Assembly: GCA_027077805.1 (NCBI GenBank)
Contig: JALWTS010000041.1
Location: 932 to 64,931 of the forward strand
DNA: 64,000 nucleotides
Direction of reading: 5' to 3'
Source: Gammaproteobacteria bacterium
GTDB taxonomy: Bacteria > Pseudomonadota > Gammaproteobacteria > JABHGC01
Position numbers and translations under genes: made by a program. Of this stretch, positions 61,287-64,000 are shown piece by piece. Positions within the stretch are counted from its first letter, which is position 1; the number at the start of each line of letters is the position of its first letter. A model generated the notes under the pieces. The model did not search any database and was not told the origin of the DNA. It worked only from the letters and a program-made list of their open reading frames with translations.

Positions 61287-61940
61287 TTAAACCACCTTAT
61301 CTCTAAGATAAACAGGTAATGCTTGTTCGGCAGAAACATAGTGTTGTTGTTGCCATGCTTTTTGCGCCAATACGGCAAGATCATAGGCATGTGGATAACA
61401 CTGAGCATTATATGGGATATTAGGCAAATTCTCGGCATATACCCACCCTGTCCCAGCACCAAACCAATCATGCGATTCAAGTTTAAGCAACTGTGGTTGT
61501 TTGACAAGCTCTTGATCCACCAACACCATAATGTTTTCATCTTGTTTAGATAATTGATAGTTGCCCCAATACACTTCGTTCATTCTCGCATCAATGGCAA
61601 CCGCAACTTTAGAATAGTTTTGGCGTCGCCAAACACCTTGTGCTACAATAGCTAAAGTAGAAACAAGAATGACAGGAAGATCATAGGCCCATGCAATTCC
61701 TTGGGCAAGACCTATGGCAATTCGCACCCCAGAAAAACTACCTGGCCCTTGACTAACGGCAATCGCATCAAGTTGGTTAACTTGATATTCCGAAGTAGCC
61801 ATTAAAGCATCAATCATAGGCAAAGCAGTTTGACTTTTTTGGGGTGGTGAGAGTTGATATTTTGCTTGAATGTTACCATCTATGGATAAGGCAACGGAAC
61901 AAGCATCGGTTGCGGTTTCAATGGCTAAAATTTTGGGCAT
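61287..61940 (-). CDS. tsaB: tRNA t6A biosynthesis protein TsaB (YeaZ)
   Basis: 217 aa with ILAIETATDACSVAL and GPGSFSGVRIAIGLAQG. Confidence 0.92.
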   Translation of the reverse strand: MPKILAIETATDACSVALSIDGNIQAKYQLSPPQKSQTALPMIDALMATSEYQVNQLDAIAVSQGPGSFSGVRIAIGLAQGIAWAYDLPVILVSTLAIVAQGVWRRQNYSKVAVAIDARMNEVYWGNYQLSKQDENIMVLVDQELVKQPQLLKLESHDWFGAGTGWVYAENLPNIPYNAQCYPHAYDLAVLAQKAWQQQHYVSAEQALPVYLRDKVV

Positions 61941-62022
61941 GATATTTATAAAACTAAGAAAAATTTACAACAGCCAATCATAACATCAACAGGATTTCAG
62001 GAAAAGGCAAAAGAGTAAGCAA

Positions 62023-63120
62023 ATGAATCTTGAGATTAGTATCCATAATGCAAAAATTCTTATCGTTGATGATGAACCCATCAATATTCGTATTTTGCAA
62101 AAAGCCTTACACAGAGAAAACTACCAATGTATTGATACAACGACTGACCCTAGAGAAGTTGATGCTTTATATCGAAAAAATTTCTATGACTTAGTATTAT
62201 TGGATATTCAAATGCCCTATCTTGACGGCTTTTCGGTAATGAAACAATTAAAAACCATTGATGCTCAACGCAAAACCTATTCCCCTGTTTTAGTATTAAC
62301 AGCCCAAACCGACAGAGAAACTCGCTTAAAAGCCTTGCAACAAGGTGCCAAAGACTTTTTAACCAAACCTTTTGATATGACAGAAGCCTTGCACCGTATT
62401 TATAACCTATTAGAAGTCAAATTACTGCATAATCAAGCGTATCATCAAAATAAAATTTTAGAACAAAAAGTTCGTCATCGTACCGATGCTTTAAATCAAA
62501 CCCGATTAGAAATTATTCACCGTCTAGGACGTGCTGCCGAATACCGAGATAATGAAACGGGCTTGCATATCATTCGGATGAGCCGTTATAGCCAACTTTT
62601 AGGTCTGAAAATTGGCATGATCCATGAGGAAAGTGAAACCTTACTTCATGCCAGTCCCATGCACGATTTGGGGAAAATCGGTATTCCTGACAGTATTTTA
62701 CTCAAACCGGGAAAGCTCACCAAAGAAGAATTTGATATTATGAAGCAACATCCTGTCATTGGCTCCGATATTTTATCAGGTTCTAATCACGAGTTATTGT
62801 CCATGGCAAAAACCATTGCCTTAACTCATCATGAACGCTGGGATGGTTCAGGCTACCCTCATGGCATTAAAGGCGAAGCGATTCCACTACATGGTCGCAT
62901 TGTGGCAATTTGTGATGTATTCGATGCCCTAACCTCAGAACGTCCTTATAAAAAAGCTTGGTCAGTGAGTGAAACCATTGATTTTATGAAACAACAATCT
63001 CAAAAACATTTTGACCCCACATTGCTAAGAAATTTTATGGATATTTTGCCCGAAATTTTGAAAATCAAAACCAAATATGCCGAACCACATAGCTCCAGCC
63101 CCCTATTAGAACGCTATTAA
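62023..63120 (+). CDS. Response regulator with an HD-GYP phosphodiesterase domain (RpfG family)
   Basis: 365 aa with a REC domain (ILIVDDEP, LLDIQMPYLDG, TKP), then HDLGKIGIPD and HHERWDGSGYPHG. Confidence 0.9.
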   Translation: MNLEISIHNAKILIVDDEPINIRILQKALHRENYQCIDTTTDPREVDALYRKNFYDLVLLDIQMPYLDGFSVMKQLKTIDAQRKTYSPVLVLTAQTDRETRLKALQQGAKDFLTKPFDMTEALHRIYNLLEVKLLHNQAYHQNKILEQKVRHRTDALNQTRLEIIHRLGRAAEYRDNETGLHIIRMSRYSQLLGLKIGMIHEESETLLHASPMHDLGKIGIPDSILLKPGKLTKEEFDIMKQHPVIGSDILSGSNHELLSMAKTIALTHHERWDGSGYPHGIKGEAIPLHGRIVAICDVFDALTSERPYKKAWSVSETIDFMKQQSQKHFDPTLLRNFMDILPEILKIKTKYAEPHSSSPLLERY

Positions 63121-63124
63121 AGCG

Positions 63125-64000
63125 ATGCAAGCTCGTTTTATCCTACCCTTTATCATTGTCCTATTACTGAATGCTTGCAGTTATCAAAAATTTCAAGCAT
63201 CCGATTCACTGCAATTAGTTCAAGTTTATTCTCCCTCACTTAAAGATAATTTACTCAATGATTCCGCAAGCCGAGACGTTTTAATTTACCTTCCCCCAAG
63301 TTATCATCAACAAAGCGATAAACACTATCCTGTGGTTTATTTATTGCATGGTTATGGTGCGACCCATCGTTCTTGGATTTATCCTAAATTTGTGGAAATT
63401 GATAAAATTTTAAATCAACTCATACAAAGCCAACAAATCCAAGAAATGATCGTCGTCATGCCGAACGCTTATAATCGTTATGGTGGCAGTTTTTATACCA
63501 ATTCAATCGTAACAGGCGATTGGGAAGATTTTATTACCCAAGATTTAGTCGCTTGGGTGGATCAACATTATCGCACCTTAACTCAAGCACAAAACCGAGG
63601 CATTGCAGGTCATTCTATGGGTGGCTATGGTGCGATTAAAATTGCCATGAAACATCCAGAAGTTTTTCGAGTAGTGTATGGCATTAGCGCCTGTTGTTTA
63701 GCCATGGTCAATGATTTAACGGCATCCAATCTCGCTTGGTTAAATACTTTCGACATTGAAGAACAAGAACAAATTCGTAGTTATCCGTTTTATAGTCAAG
63801 TACAAGTGGCATCATCTGCGGCCTTTTCCCCCGATCCTGATAACTGGGAATTATTAGTTGCCTATCCATTTCAGTGGATAGACAATCAACTCAAACCACA
63901 TTATCCTTATTATCAACAATGGTTACAACAATTGCCCAGCAATATGGTTCAAGACTATCAAAGCAATTTACAGCAACTTAGCATTGGTTTTGAAGCCGGC
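63125..64000 (+). CDS. Lipoprotein, putative esterase/alpha-beta hydrolase (esterase D/enterochelin-esterase-like); truncated by the window end
   Basis: This ORF is not in the ORF track because it has no stop in the window. It reads MQARFILPFIIVLLLNAC (lipobox), YPVVYLLHGYG and the nucleophile elbow GHSMGGYGA. It stays in frame to position 64000. Confidence 0.75.
   Translation, partial: MQARFILPFIIVLLLNACSYQKFQASDSLQLVQVYSPSLKDNLLNDSASRDVLIYLPPSYHQQSDKHYPVVYLLHGYGATHRSWIYPKFVEIDKILNQLIQSQQIQEMIVVMPNAYNRYGGSFYTNSIVTGDWEDFITQDLVAWVDQHYRTLTQAQNRGIAGHSMGGYGAIKIAMKHPEVFRVVYGISACCLAMVNDLTASNLAWLNTFDIEEQEQIRSYPFYSQVQVASSAAFSPDPDNWELLVAYPFQWIDNQLKPHYPYYQQWLQQLPSNMVQDYQSNLQQLSIGFEAG

Overview
This window is mostly core chromosome from a low-GC, glutamine-rich organism with Gammaproteobacteria-like gene order: tRNA-Val/thrS-infC-rpmI-rplT-pheS-pheT-ihfA-merR/tRNA-Pro, amgK<>lptD-surA, parC, prfC, ppc, pgi, glgA, cysG. 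TusA and DsrE-type sulfur-relay genes suggest a sulfur-oxidising Thiotrichales/Beggiatoa-like host, but I cannot verify that here. The window opens inside a CRISPR array (8 x 28-nt repeats, 36-37-nt spacers) that abuts the 3' side of tRNA-Pro(GGG). No cas genes are in the window. There are three tRNAs: Pro-GGG, Val-GAC and Asn-GTT. Accessory or unusual content: (1) a sucrose cluster (SPS/SPP-like fusion, fructokinase, amylosucrase) interrupted by a RelBE module and a transposase relic; (2) a truncated, degenerate ppsA N-terminal domain; (3) an orphan DUF692 (MNIO)/DUF2063 pair with no canonical precursor gene, next to a divergent small secreted Cys/Trp/Asp/Asn-rich protein; (4) a TonB-receptor/YfiR(DUF4154)/hybrid-kinase cassette; (5) an AT-rich islet with a repeat-module membrane protein, two translationally coupled polytopic membrane proteins, a secreted Gln-rich protein and a decayed Dam-type methyltransferase; (6) AmmeMemoRadiSam proteins B and A without the radical SAM partner. 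I do not see a complete, clearly novel multi-gene system. The best leads are the MNIO pair and the CRISPR array of unassigned type. All calls come from reading the sequence, the ORF translations and motif recall; no searches were run.
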